Program-made: the position numbers and the translations under genes
Part shown: piece by piece, positions 15,843 through 24,438 of the stretch
Layout of the letters: each line of letters starts with the position of its first letter
Numbering within the stretch: position 1 is the stretch's first letter
Source of the DNA: an uncultured beta proteobacterium
Lineage (GTDB): Bacteria > Pseudomonadota > Gammaproteobacteria > Burkholderiales > SG8-39
Assembly: GCA_903868285.1 (NCBI GenBank)
Contig: CAIPUP010000256.1
Location: 1 to 37,588, forward strand
Reading direction: 5' to 3'
Length of the DNA stretch: 37,588 nucleotides
The notes under the pieces: model-generated
Database searches by the model: none
The model's input: only the letters and a program-made list of their open reading frames with translations
What the model was told of the DNA's origin: nothing

Positions 15843-16648
15843 TGAGCAAGCCAGTCATGGAAAACACGCAGCCCGCACACGAGGTGCGCAGCATTGATGT
15901 TGAGCAAGGCAGTCTGGATGTGCTGGTGGGTGGCAGCGGTTCGCCGGTGCTGTATCTGCATCCGGCGGGTGGCATACGCTGGACGGCAGTGCATGTAGCA
16001 CTGGCGCGCGCACACACGGTGTATGCGCCGGTGGCGCCCGGCTTCGATGGCCGTGCGCTGCATCCGGCTGCCAGCAGCGTGCAGACTCTGGCTGCGCTGT
16101 ATGGCCGCTTGTGCGATCAGCTGATCGGCGCGCCGTGCGATGTCATCGGCCACTCGTTCGGGGGCTGGGTGGCGGCATGGCTGGCGGTGCAGCGTCCGGA
16201 TTGCGTCGAGCAGCTGGTGCTATCGGCTGCGGCCGGTTTTCGGCCGGCTGATGCCCCGGCCATGCCGGCTACGCCCGAGGCCTTTGCGCGCGCGCTGTAT
16301 CGCCATCCGGAACATCTGACTGACACACCGAAATTGCCCGACACGGATGCCGCCAATCGGGCGCAATACCTGAAATACAACGGCGGAATGACACGCGATG
16401 AGGCATTGATTGCACGGTTGCCCGAGATCGATCGCCTGACCATGATCGTGCATGGCACGCATGACGGCATCATTCCCGACAGCAGTTCGCAGCAGTTACG
16501 GCGTTGGATACGGCGTTCTTATCTGATGTACCTGTGGGATGCCGGGCACGGCCTGGAAGTGGATCAGCCCGAGCGCATGAGCGAATTGTTGCTGAGCTTT
16601 TTTGCGCGCTCGGAGGCCTTCATGGTGAACTGGGGTAAGGCTACTTAG
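15842..16648 (+). CDS. alpha/beta-fold hydrolase
   Basis: GHSFGG nucleophile elbow (G-x-S-x-G). A late Asp (HGTHDGIIP) and His (DAGHGLEVDQPE) fit the catalytic triad. The start overlaps the upstream stop (TAATG). Confidence 0.85.
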   Translation: MSKPVMENTQPAHEVRSIDVEQGSLDVLVGGSGSPVLYLHPAGGIRWTAVHVALARAHTVYAPVAPGFDGRALHPAASSVQTLAALYGRLCDQLIGAPCDVIGHSFGGWVAAWLAVQRPDCVEQLVLSAAAGFRPADAPAMPATPEAFARALYRHPEHLTDTPKLPDTDAANRAQYLKYNGGMTRDEALIARLPEIDRLTMIVHGTHDGIIPDSSSQQLRRWIRRSYLMYLWDAGHGLEVDQPERMSELLLSFFARSEAFMVNWGKAT

Positions 16649-17826
16649 TTGCTCCAGAGCGGTGGCTCTTGCATCAGGCCCACCTGCTCGCGCAACTCCA
16701 GGATGCGGTCCTGCCAGTAGCGCTGGGTGTTGAACCAGGGGAATGCGGCCGGGAAGGCCGGGTCGTGCCAGCGACGCGCGATCCAGGCCGAGTAGTGCAA
16801 CAGACGCAGCGTGCGCAGCGCTTCGATCAGATGCAGCTGGCGCGGATCGAAGTCGCAGAAATCCTCGTAACCGGCCAGTACATCCGACATGGCATCGATG
16901 GCGGCCCGTCGCTCCCCCGGCAGCAGCATCCAGAGATCTTGAATGGCCGGCCCCATGCGACTGTCATCGAAGTCGACAAAATGCGGGCCACCGCGACGCG
17001 GATTGTCAAAATCCTTGGCGCTGCCATGCATTTCGGTCCACAGCACATTGCCGCTATGGCAGTCGCCATGAAGCCGGATATTCTTGACCGCGCCGGCGCG
17101 ATCCCAGGCGCGCCGAACGCCGTCCAGTGCCAGCGACACCACGCTCAACCAGGCCTGGCGCAGATCATCCGGAATGAATTGATTGGCCAGCAACCAGTCG
17201 CGCGGCTCTTCACCAAAGCTGTTGATGTCGAGAGTCGGTCGTTCGCGATAGGGTTTCAGTGCCCCCACCGCATGGATGCGGCCGATAAAACGCCCGATCC
17301 ATTCCAGCGTTTCGCGGCTCTCCAGTTCTGGTGTGCGACCACCGCGACGCGGGAATACCGCGAAACGAAAGTCCTGATACGTATGCAGGGTGTGGCCGTG
17401 GATTTGTAACGCCGGCACCACTGGAATTTCGCGTTCCGCCAACTCGGCCACGAAGGCGTGCTCTTCCAGAATCGCAGCATCGCTCCAGCGTTGCGGGCGA
17501 TAGAACTTGGTGACCACAGAGTCCGGTGTTTGCTCGCCGGGCAGCGCATCGAGATAGATCTGATAGACCCGGTTCTCATAGCTGTTGAGCGACAGCATGC
17601 GGCCATCACCATGCAGACCGATGGTGGCCATGGCGTCGAGCACCGTGTCCGGTGTCAGGCCGGCATAGGGCGCTGGCGTGCCATCCGGCCCCTGACCGTT
17701 ATGACGTGCGTCGCTATGCGATGGTGAGGGCGCGGGTTCGGGCAGGGCGACGTTGCCGTTGACGTCGTCTTCATCGGCATAGTCGTCGTCGTCAGCGTCG
17801 GGGTGGAGCGGGCGTGGTGGGTTCAA
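16645..17826 (-). CDS. srkA: stress-response Ser/Thr protein kinase SrkA (YihE/RdoA family) with an acidic/Pro-rich N-terminal extension
   Basis: LNSYENRVYQ, KFYRPQRWS, catalytic loop RLHGDCHSGNVLW, FVDFDDSRMGPAIQDLWML, and DPAFPAAFPWF. Confidence 0.85.
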   Translation of the reverse strand: MNPPRPLHPDADDDDYADEDDVNGNVALPEPAPSPSHSDARHNGQGPDGTPAPYAGLTPDTVLDAMATIGLHGDGRMLSLNSYENRVYQIYLDALPGEQTPDSVVTKFYRPQRWSDAAILEEHAFVAELAEREIPVVPALQIHGHTLHTYQDFRFAVFPRRGGRTPELESRETLEWIGRFIGRIHAVGALKPYRERPTLDINSFGEEPRDWLLANQFIPDDLRQAWLSVVSLALDGVRRAWDRAGAVKNIRLHGDCHSGNVLWTEMHGSAKDFDNPRRGGPHFVDFDDSRMGPAIQDLWMLLPGERRAAIDAMSDVLAGYEDFCDFDPRQLHLIEALRTLRLLHYSAWIARRWHDPAFPAAFPWFNTQRYWQDRILELREQVGLMQEPPLWSN

Positions 17827-17849
17827 TATGGACGATCGGCAGCGGGTTG

Positions 17850-18263
17850 TTATTGCGTACTGTCGTCAGGGATGAATTTCAGCGCCACACCATTGTTGCA
17901 ATAGCGCAGTCCCGTCGGCTGCGGACCATCTTTGAACACATGGCCATGGTGACCGCCGCAGCGCGCACAGTGATATTCGGTGCGTGGCATCAGCAATTTG
18001 TGATCGGTGCTGGTTTCGAACGCGCCGGGCAGGGTGGTAAAGAACGACGGCCAACCGGTACCGGAATTGAATTTCATCTCGGATTTGAACAAGGGCGTGT
18101 CGCAGCCGGCACAGACATAGGTGCCAGAACGCTTTTCTTCGTTCAACGGACTGGTGCCAGCGTATTCGGTGCCTTCATGTCGCAGCACCTGATAGGCCTC
18201 GGGGTCGAGACGCTTGCGCCACTCGTCGTCGGGAAGTTCCTGCTTTTTGCTGTTATCGGTCAT
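17850..18263 (-). CDS. msrB: peptide-methionine (R)-S-oxide reductase
   Basis: Two CxxC zinc pairs (CAGCDTPLF and CARCGGHHGHVF) and the catalytic RYCNNG motif. 137 aa. Confidence 0.93.
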   Translation of the reverse strand: MTDNSKKQELPDDEWRKRLDPEAYQVLRHEGTEYAGTSPLNEEKRSGTYVCAGCDTPLFKSEMKFNSGTGWPSFFTTLPGAFETSTDHKLLMPRTEYHCARCGGHHGHVFKDGPQPTGLRYCNNGVALKFIPDDSTQ

Positions 18264-18398
18264 GATTTCTCTCGAATTAGTAATGTTGATGACATTATGA
18301 ACTGTGATTGATCGTGACTGAACTGAGTTGCCTCATTTTGCGATGAATTCTTGGCGTTTCTACTCTGGAGAGAGCAGGCCGGATGATAAGATTCGCGC

Positions 18399-19721
18399 AT
18401 GATTGCTCTCGATGAAACGCATGACCCCAGCTTGCGTAGCTGGGTAGACGCCGCCAACGAACCGGATGCGGATTTTCCGATACAGAACCTGCCCTTCGGC
18501 ATGTTTCGTCGTCGCGGTAAAGATGAAGCGATACCGGGTGTTGCGATTGGCGATCGCATCATCGACCTGCCTCTGCTGGCCTCGCGCGGATTGTTGCAGG
18601 GCAAGGCGGCCAAGGCGGTACAGGCATTTCGCAATGGGCCGCTCAACAACCTTATGGCCCTGGGGCGCGAGTACTGGGTAGCGCTGCGATTCGATCTGTC
18701 GCGCTTGTTGCGCGAAGGCGCGTCGCGTCAAGGTGACACCGCTGCCGGTCTGGTGTTGATGAGCGATGCCGAGATGTTATTGCCGGCACAGATTGGTGAT
18801 TTCACCGATTTCTATTCTTCGATTCATCACGCTACCAATGCCGGCAGCCTGTTTCGCCCCGATAACCCATTGCTGCCGAACTACCGCTGGGTGCCGATTG
18901 CCTATCACGGTCGTTCGTCTTCGGTGAAGGTCAGTGGCACGCCGTTGCGCCGGCCTCTCGGCCAGTCGATGCCAAAAGTTGCTGGAAAAGACAGCGCCGC
19001 CCCGATCTACGGCCCGACCAAGCGTCTGGATATTGAGCTCGAGCTGGGTTGCTATATCGGCCCGGGCAATGCCCTGGGTGAGCCGATTGCGTTGGCCGAT
19101 GCCGAAGCGCACCTGTTTGGCTTGTCACTGCTGAACGACTGGTCCGCGCGCGACATCCAGGCCTGGGAATATCAACCGCTGGGGCCGTTCCTGGGCAAAA
19201 ACTTTCTGACCAGTGTTTCGCCATGGGTGGTCACCATGGAGGCCCTGGCGCCGTTTCGTATTCAGTCTGCCCGGCCGGCTGCCGATGCGCTGCCCGACTA
19301 CCTGAGGGACAGTGCCGATCAACAACAAGGTGGTCTGGACATCACGCTCGAGGTGCTGTTGCAAAGCGCCAGCATGCGTGAGCAGGGCATGGCGCCGCAC
19401 CGTATCGCTCGCGCACCGTTCGCCAGCCAGTACTGGACAGTGTTTCAGCTGATTACCCATCACACCAGCAATGGCTGCAACCTGCAGCCGGGCGACCTGC
19501 TCGGCACCGGCACCATTTCCGGTCCGGCACCCGGTGAGCAGGGTTGCTTGCTGGAGATGAGCGTCGGTGGCAGCAAGCCCTTTGCTCTGCCCTCGGGTGA
19601 GAGTCGCACCTTCCTGGAGGACGGCGATGAGGTGACGCTGCGCGCCTTCTGCCAGCGTGCTGGTGCCACGCGCATCGGCTTCGGCGAGTGCGTCGGCCGG
19701 GTGGAGCCAGCCCGCAGCTGA
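18399..19721 (+). CDS. fahA: fumarylacetoacetase
   Basis: N-terminal SWV...FPIQNLPFGMF, DFTDFYSS and GDLLGTGTISGP. The 440-aa length is typical of FAH. Confidence 0.92.
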   Translation: MIALDETHDPSLRSWVDAANEPDADFPIQNLPFGMFRRRGKDEAIPGVAIGDRIIDLPLLASRGLLQGKAAKAVQAFRNGPLNNLMALGREYWVALRFDLSRLLREGASRQGDTAAGLVLMSDAEMLLPAQIGDFTDFYSSIHHATNAGSLFRPDNPLLPNYRWVPIAYHGRSSSVKVSGTPLRRPLGQSMPKVAGKDSAAPIYGPTKRLDIELELGCYIGPGNALGEPIALADAEAHLFGLSLLNDWSARDIQAWEYQPLGPFLGKNFLTSVSPWVVTMEALAPFRIQSARPAADALPDYLRDSADQQQGGLDITLEVLLQSASMREQGMAPHRIARAPFASQYWTVFQLITHHTSNGCNLQPGDLLGTGTISGPAPGEQGCLLEMSVGGSKPFALPSGESRTFLEDGDEVTLRAFCQRAGATRIGFGECVGRVEPARS

Positions 19722-19799
19722 TCAGCCCCAGATTCTCTGTGACGGTCGATGCAATGTCGACCATCGCGCCGGTTTCTTGATTCCTGAGGAGGAGACATC

Positions 19800-20918
19800 A
19801 TGAGCCATCGCAGCAAGCCGCCTTTTCGTGCCGATCATGTCGGAAGTTTTTTGCGACCGCCCGCGTTGCTGGCGGCGCGAGAGCGTTTTGGCCGTGGCGA
19901 GATCGATGCCATCGCGCTGCGACAGATCGAGGACGATGCCATACGCGAGGTGGTCCGCTTTCAGCAGGATCTGGGCCTGGAAGCGATTACCGATGGTGAG
20001 TTCCGCCGGACCTATTTCCATGTCGATTTCCTCGAGCAGCTCGAGGGCGTGGAGATGAAGGGGGGAATCCAGGTGCGCTTTCGCAGTGCCACCGGCAAGA
20101 ATATCGACATGGCACCGCCGCTATTGGTGGTGAACGGCAAGGTGCGACATGTTCGTCCGATTCAGGTCGGTGATTTCAATTTCCTGAAATCGGTCGTGAC
20201 ACGTGGCACTCCGAAGGTGGCGATTCCGTCACCGACGATGCTGCATTTCCGTGGCGGGCGTGCCGGTATCAGTCTGGAGGCTTATCCCGACCTGGAGCAG
20301 TTCTATGTCGATGTTGCGGCAGCCTACCGGCGTGAGCTGCAACTGCTGGGTGATGCCGGATGTCGCTATGTGCAGCTTGATGACACCAATCTGGCTTACC
20401 TGTGTGATGAGACCATGCGTGCCGGTGCCCGCAGCCGAGGCGATGATCCCGATGCCCTGCCGCGCTTGTATGCAAGGCTGATCAACGATGCCATCCGAGA
20501 CCGGCCGGCTGGCATGACCGTTTGTATCCATCTTTGCCGGGGCAATTTCATGAGCGCCTGGGCGGCGCAGGGAAGCTATGAGCCGGTGGCCGAGGCCCTG
20601 TTTCGCGATCTTGAGGTGGATGGTTATTTTCTTGAATACGACGATGCGCGTTCCGGAGATTTCTCGCCGTTGCGTTTCGTGCCGCCTGACAAAACGGTGG
20701 TGCTGGGCATCGTTTCGTCCAAGATCGGTACGCTGGAGTCTGCGCAGGACATACGCCAGCGCGTGCATGAGGCGGCACGTTTTGTTCCCCTGGAGCAGCT
20801 TTGCCTTTCGCCGCAATGTGGCTTCTCCAGCACTGTGCACGGCAATGACATTGCCGTGGAATCCCAGGCGGCGAAATTGCGGCTGGTGATGGATGTGGCG
20901 CGCGAGATCTGGGGCTGA
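19800..20918 (+). CDS. cobalamin-independent methionine synthase II family protein (MetE C-terminal-domain homologue; true substrate unknown)
   Basis: 372 aa, with FRADHVGSFLRP N-terminus, IHLCRGN and LSPQCGFSS zinc-ligand-like motifs, and a strong SD (GAGGAGGAG). Confidence 0.85.
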   Translation: MSHRSKPPFRADHVGSFLRPPALLAARERFGRGEIDAIALRQIEDDAIREVVRFQQDLGLEAITDGEFRRTYFHVDFLEQLEGVEMKGGIQVRFRSATGKNIDMAPPLLVVNGKVRHVRPIQVGDFNFLKSVVTRGTPKVAIPSPTMLHFRGGRAGISLEAYPDLEQFYVDVAAAYRRELQLLGDAGCRYVQLDDTNLAYLCDETMRAGARSRGDDPDALPRLYARLINDAIRDRPAGMTVCIHLCRGNFMSAWAAQGSYEPVAEALFRDLEVDGYFLEYDDARSGDFSPLRFVPPDKTVVLGIVSSKIGTLESAQDIRQRVHEAARFVPLEQLCLSPQCGFSSTVHGNDIAVESQAAKLRLVMDVAREIWG

Positions 20919-20927
20919 TCGGGGCAC

Positions 20928-20936
20928 TGCTAGAAT
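20928..20936 (+). promoter_or_regulatory. candidate extended -10 (TGcTAGAAT) for the binding-protein / acyl-CoA ligase unit
   Basis: It lies 10 nt after the MetE-like stop and about 100 nt upstream of the ATG at 21041. There is no good -35. Confidence 0.22.
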
Positions 20937-21002
20937 CGATACGACTGCCCAAGGCGGTCGCTGTTCCGGCAGGAAGTGCGGCTGGTTGCCGCGAAAAGGG
21001 AA

Positions 21003-21020
21003 ACTGCATCGCAATGCAGT
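21003..21020 (+). promoter_or_regulatory. perfect 7-bp stem / 4-nt loop hairpin (ACTGCAT-CGCA-ATGCAGT) in the 5' leader of the binding-protein gene
   Basis: Read directly. It ends 6 nt before the GAGGAGG SD. Confidence 0.3.
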
Positions 21021-21040
21021 CAAAACGAGGAGGAACGAGG

Positions 21041-22231
21041 ATGAGGATCCATTATTGGAAGAAGCTGGCGCTGTTGGCCGGACTGTCGTTGCTGGCGGCT
21101 AATGCCGCAGCGCAGACGATCAAGATCGGTCTGGTGAATTCGACCTCTGGCGTGTTCGCCACGCTGGGGGATCAAATCGACAAGTCGGTCAAGCTGTACA
21201 TGAAAGAGAACGCGGCCAAGCTACCGCCGGGTGTGAAGGTGGAATTGATTGTTCGCGATGATGGCGGTCCGAACCCGGACAACGCCAAGCGTCTGACGCA
21301 GGAGTTGATCGTTCGTGACCGGGTTCAGTTCCTGACCGGTTATATCTGGACGCCCAATACGATGGCCGTGGCGCCGCTGTTGACCGAGTCCAAGACGCCG
21401 CTGGTGATCATGAATGCCGCTGCTTCGGTCATCACTACGACTTCGCCTTACCTGGTGCGTGCGTCGCTGACGCTTTGGCAGAGCGGGCATGAGATCGGAC
21501 GCTGGGCGGCCAAAAAATACAAGCGCGCTTACACCATGGTGACCGATTTCGCGCCGGGTCATGATGCCGAAGCGGCGTTCATCAAGGGATTTACCGACGG
21601 CGGCGGGCAGATTGTCGGCAGTGTTCGCATGCCGATCAAAAGCCCGGATTTCGTGTCTTTCATGCAGCGTGCCAAAGACATGAAGCCAGAGGTCATCTTC
21701 AACATGGTGACGGCTGGGGCCCCCTCTACCGCCATCATGAAGGCTTATGGTGACCTGGGGCTGCGTCAGGCGGGCATTCCTTTCATCGGTACCGGTGATG
21801 CGGTGACCGAGGAAGAACTGGTCAATATGGGTGATGTGCCGTTGGGTTATATCTCGGCCTGGAATTACTCCAACGCCGGTGACCGTCCTGCCAACAAGGC
21901 TTATCTTGCGGCCTGGGAGCGTGATTACGGCAAGAACGTACCGCCTGGTTTCATTGCGGTGGGTGCCTGGGATGCCATGGACATGATCTATACCGCCATT
22001 CGGGAACAGGCGGGCAAGGTCGACCCCGACCAGACCATGAAGGTGCTGTCGAATTACAAGAATCCGAACAGCCCGCGTGGTCCGATTGCCATCGATCCGA
22101 CCACGCGTGACATCGTGCAGAACATCTATATCCGCGAAGTGAAAAAAGTCGCCGGACGCAATATGAATGTGGAGTTCGAGACGATTCCGAACGTCAAGGA
22201 TCCGTGGAAGGAACTCAATAAGAAGAAGTAG
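21041..22231 (+). CDS. periplasmic ABC-transporter substrate-binding protein, LivJ/Peripla_BP_6 type (branched-chain amino acid or organic acid family)
   Basis: Signal peptide MRIHYWKKLALLAGLSLLAANAAAQ followed by TIKIGLV..SG, a typical family start. AGGAGGA RBS. No permease or ATPase genes are adjacent. Confidence 0.88.
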   Translation: MRIHYWKKLALLAGLSLLAANAAAQTIKIGLVNSTSGVFATLGDQIDKSVKLYMKENAAKLPPGVKVELIVRDDGGPNPDNAKRLTQELIVRDRVQFLTGYIWTPNTMAVAPLLTESKTPLVIMNAAASVITTTSPYLVRASLTLWQSGHEIGRWAAKKYKRAYTMVTDFAPGHDAEAAFIKGFTDGGGQIVGSVRMPIKSPDFVSFMQRAKDMKPEVIFNMVTAGAPSTAIMKAYGDLGLRQAGIPFIGTGDAVTEEELVNMGDVPLGYISAWNYSNAGDRPANKAYLAAWERDYGKNVPPGFIAVGAWDAMDMIYTAIREQAGKVDPDQTMKVLSNYKNPNSPRGPIAIDPTTRDIVQNIYIREVKKVAGRNMNVEFETIPNVKDPWKELNKKK

Positions 22232-22237
22232 TGCGCG

Positions 22238-23794
22238 ATGTCCAGCAGTGATCTGCTGAACGACACCGCGCACCGCTACCCGCAGCGTGCGGCGCTGGTG
22301 AGCGGTGCGCTTCGGCTCAGTTATTCCGAGCTGCACGCATGTGTGACGCGCTGTGCCGCCGGCCTGTTGCAACAGTTGTCAGAACGCGGGCTGGGGCCAG
22401 GCGCACGCATCGGTATCCTGATGCGCAATCGCTGGGAGTATGTGGTGGCGATGTTTGCCATTGCTCGCGCCGGTTGCGTGGCGGTGCATCTGCCGGCGCG
22501 CTTCGCCCAGGGTGAACTGGACTACGCCCTGCAGAAAATTCCGCTGCAGATGCTCTTGCTCGATGCGGGATTGCCCTTGCAGGCGCCGGGCCAGCCTGGT
22601 GTGGTGTGCGTCCCGGCTGATTTGGGTGCTGAAGCGGACGCTGCCTTTTCCGCTTTGCTGTCCTGCAAGGCCAAGCTGCCGCAGATGCCGCCTGTGCAGG
22701 CCGATACACCGGGCGCCATCATGTTCACCAGCGGCACCACCGGTCGGCCCAAGGGGGCGATTCAACCGGTGGATGGTCGCGATCTGTCGCTGCGTATCGC
22801 ACAGTCGGATTTTCAGCTCCACCAGCGCGACGTGCTGGTGGTGGCCTCGCCGCTGTATCACGCGGCCGGTCTGTACACCTGGTATCAATGCGGTGTGCTG
22901 GCCGGTGCCTGTGCGGTGTTGATGCCGGCCTGGGATCCGGCGCAGTTCATGCGCGATTGCGCCAGGCTGGGCATCAGCGCGGCGTTTGCCGTGCCGACGC
23001 AATTGATGCAGTTGCTACGCCATGCCGAGTTCGACCCGGCGAAGCTGGTCAGTTTGCGACTGGTGGTGTTCGGTGGCGCACCTTGCGAGCCGCAGCAGAT
23101 CGAGGCCCTGGAAGCGGCCTTGCCGCAGGTGCGCTTCGTGCAGAACTACGGTCAGACCGAGACCGGACCCTTGTTCAGCCAGGATCACGCCGACCGGCTG
23201 CAAAACCGCGATGCCATTGGTCGACCGAATGCGCTGGCCGAGATCCGCCTCATGGCTGAGCCCGGACGCGAGGCAGCGGTGGGCGAGGTGGGCGAGCTGG
23301 TGACGCGTGGCGCGCATCTGATGCTGGGCTACTTCGATGATCCCGCGCCGACAGCGGAGTTCTTTCGCTATGGCGATGGCTGGGGCGCCACCGGCGATCT
23401 GGCAGTACGCGATGCGCAGGGTTACATCACCCTGGCCGGACGTTCGCGCGACATCATCATTGCCGGCGCGGTGAACATCTATCCGGCCGAGATCGAACGC
23501 ATCGTGCGCAGCCATCCGGCGGTGGAGGATTGCGCTGCTTTCGGCGTCAAGGACGGGCTCTGGGGCGAGTTGCCGGTCGTGGCGGTGGTCCGTCGTGGCG
23601 TAGCGCCGGGCGGGTTGATGCAGGCAAAGCAGCTTGCGGCAGAAATCTCTGCTCTGTTCGAAGGCGATGAGATTGGTCGTCACAAGCGTCCGCGCGCGGT
23701 ACATGTGGTCGAGTCACTGCCCTATACGCCCGCCGGCAAGTTGCTGCGTGGCGCATTGCGAGAACGTTTTCCGGTGCTGCCGGGCGCGGAGTAA
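22238..23794 (+). CDS. acyl-CoA synthetase / AMP-dependent ligase
   Basis: IMFTSGTTGRPKGA, YGQTETG, GDLAVRDAQGYITLAGRSRD, and a C-terminal PYTPAGKLLR motif. It starts 6 nt after the binding-protein stop. Confidence 0.87.
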   Translation: MSSSDLLNDTAHRYPQRAALVSGALRLSYSELHACVTRCAAGLLQQLSERGLGPGARIGILMRNRWEYVVAMFAIARAGCVAVHLPARFAQGELDYALQKIPLQMLLLDAGLPLQAPGQPGVVCVPADLGAEADAAFSALLSCKAKLPQMPPVQADTPGAIMFTSGTTGRPKGAIQPVDGRDLSLRIAQSDFQLHQRDVLVVASPLYHAAGLYTWYQCGVLAGACAVLMPAWDPAQFMRDCARLGISAAFAVPTQLMQLLRHAEFDPAKLVSLRLVVFGGAPCEPQQIEALEAALPQVRFVQNYGQTETGPLFSQDHADRLQNRDAIGRPNALAEIRLMAEPGREAAVGEVGELVTRGAHLMLGYFDDPAPTAEFFRYGDGWGATGDLAVRDAQGYITLAGRSRDIIIAGAVNIYPAEIERIVRSHPAVEDCAAFGVKDGLWGELPVVAVVRRGVAPGGLMQAKQLAAEISALFEGDEIGRHKRPRAVHVVESLPYTPAGKLLRGALRERFPVLPGAE

Positions 23795-23868
23795 TATCAG
23801 CCGCTCGATGTTCTCTTGCTGTTTTCTTGCTGTTGTCACTATCTCAACCATCACCGAGGGGGACCGCC

Positions 23869-24336
23869 ATGCAGGTCAAGGACATACTCAAGGTCAAAGG
23901 CAATGCGCTGTTCACGGTGAATCCGGATACGCCCTTGTCCGAAGCGGTGATCACCATGTCGGATCACGACATTGGTTCCGTGGTGGTGCTGGAGCAGGGG
24001 CGCTTCGCCGGCATGCTGACTTTTCGCGAAATCATCAACGTGCTGGCCAAGCGGCAAAAGGAACATCGCATCGGCCCGACGCCGCCGATCGCCTCGATCA
24101 AGGTGGGTGAGGCGATGGAGCGCAAGCCCTTCATCGCTGGTCCGGAGATGGAAGTCGACGATCTGCGCGGACATATGCTGGCCAGTCATTCGCGCTATGT
24201 GCCGGTGATGCAGGACAGTGATCTGCTGGGCGTGATCTCGTTTCATGATGTGGCCAAGACTGTGCTCGAAGCGCATAGCTTCGAGAACAAGATGCTCAAG
24301 GCCTATATCAAGGACTGGCCGACGGCCGAGGCCTGA
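23869..24336 (+). CDS. CBS-domain pair protein
   Basis: 155 aa with two CBS repeats (VKDIL...IGSVVVLE...GMLTFREI and VGEAM...RYVPVMQDSDLLGVISFHDV). GAGGGGG RBS. Confidence 0.85.
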   Translation: MQVKDILKVKGNALFTVNPDTPLSEAVITMSDHDIGSVVVLEQGRFAGMLTFREIINVLAKRQKEHRIGPTPPIASIKVGEAMERKPFIAGPEMEVDDLRGHMLASHSRYVPVMQDSDLLGVISFHDVAKTVLEAHSFENKMLKAYIKDWPTAEA

Positions 24337-24438
24337 TCGCGGCGTTGGCCGCGGGGCAGGTCCAACAGACCTGCGTGCTACACTTCGCGGCCTTCAAAAG
24401 CGCGCCTCCAGGCGTTTCGCCGCGCTCTTGAGTTCATT

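Noticed and set aside
11345-16648. Lux-like bioluminescence cassette (adenylating enzyme + LLM luciferase-family protein + alpha-beta hydrolase, as in luxE/luxAB/luxD)
   Set aside because: There is no LuxC-type acyl reductase and no paired LuxA/LuxB. The adenylating enzymes are FadD/Aas-type rather than LuxE-type, and the single LLM protein does not resemble LuxA by eye. A catabolic or lipid-modifying role is more parsimonious.
19722-19799. Cobalamin or SAM riboswitch upstream of the MetE-like gene
   Set aside because: The spacer is only 78 nt, too short for either riboswitch class. It holds only a 6-bp hairpin (GGTCGA/TCGACC, 19744-19762) and then the SD.
16669-23704. Antisense ORFs 16669-17409 (+), 17814-18311 (+), 20229-21023 (-), 21221-22372 (-, 383 aa), 22379-23002 (-) and 23015-23704 (-)
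   Set aside because: These are shadows of srkA, msrB, the MetE-like gene, the binding-protein gene and the acyl-CoA ligase gene.
24356-24374. Rho-independent terminator after the CBS gene (GCAGGTC-caaca-GACCTGC)
   Set aside because: It is a good 7-bp stem but is not followed by a T-tract, so it is kept only as an unexplained hairpin.
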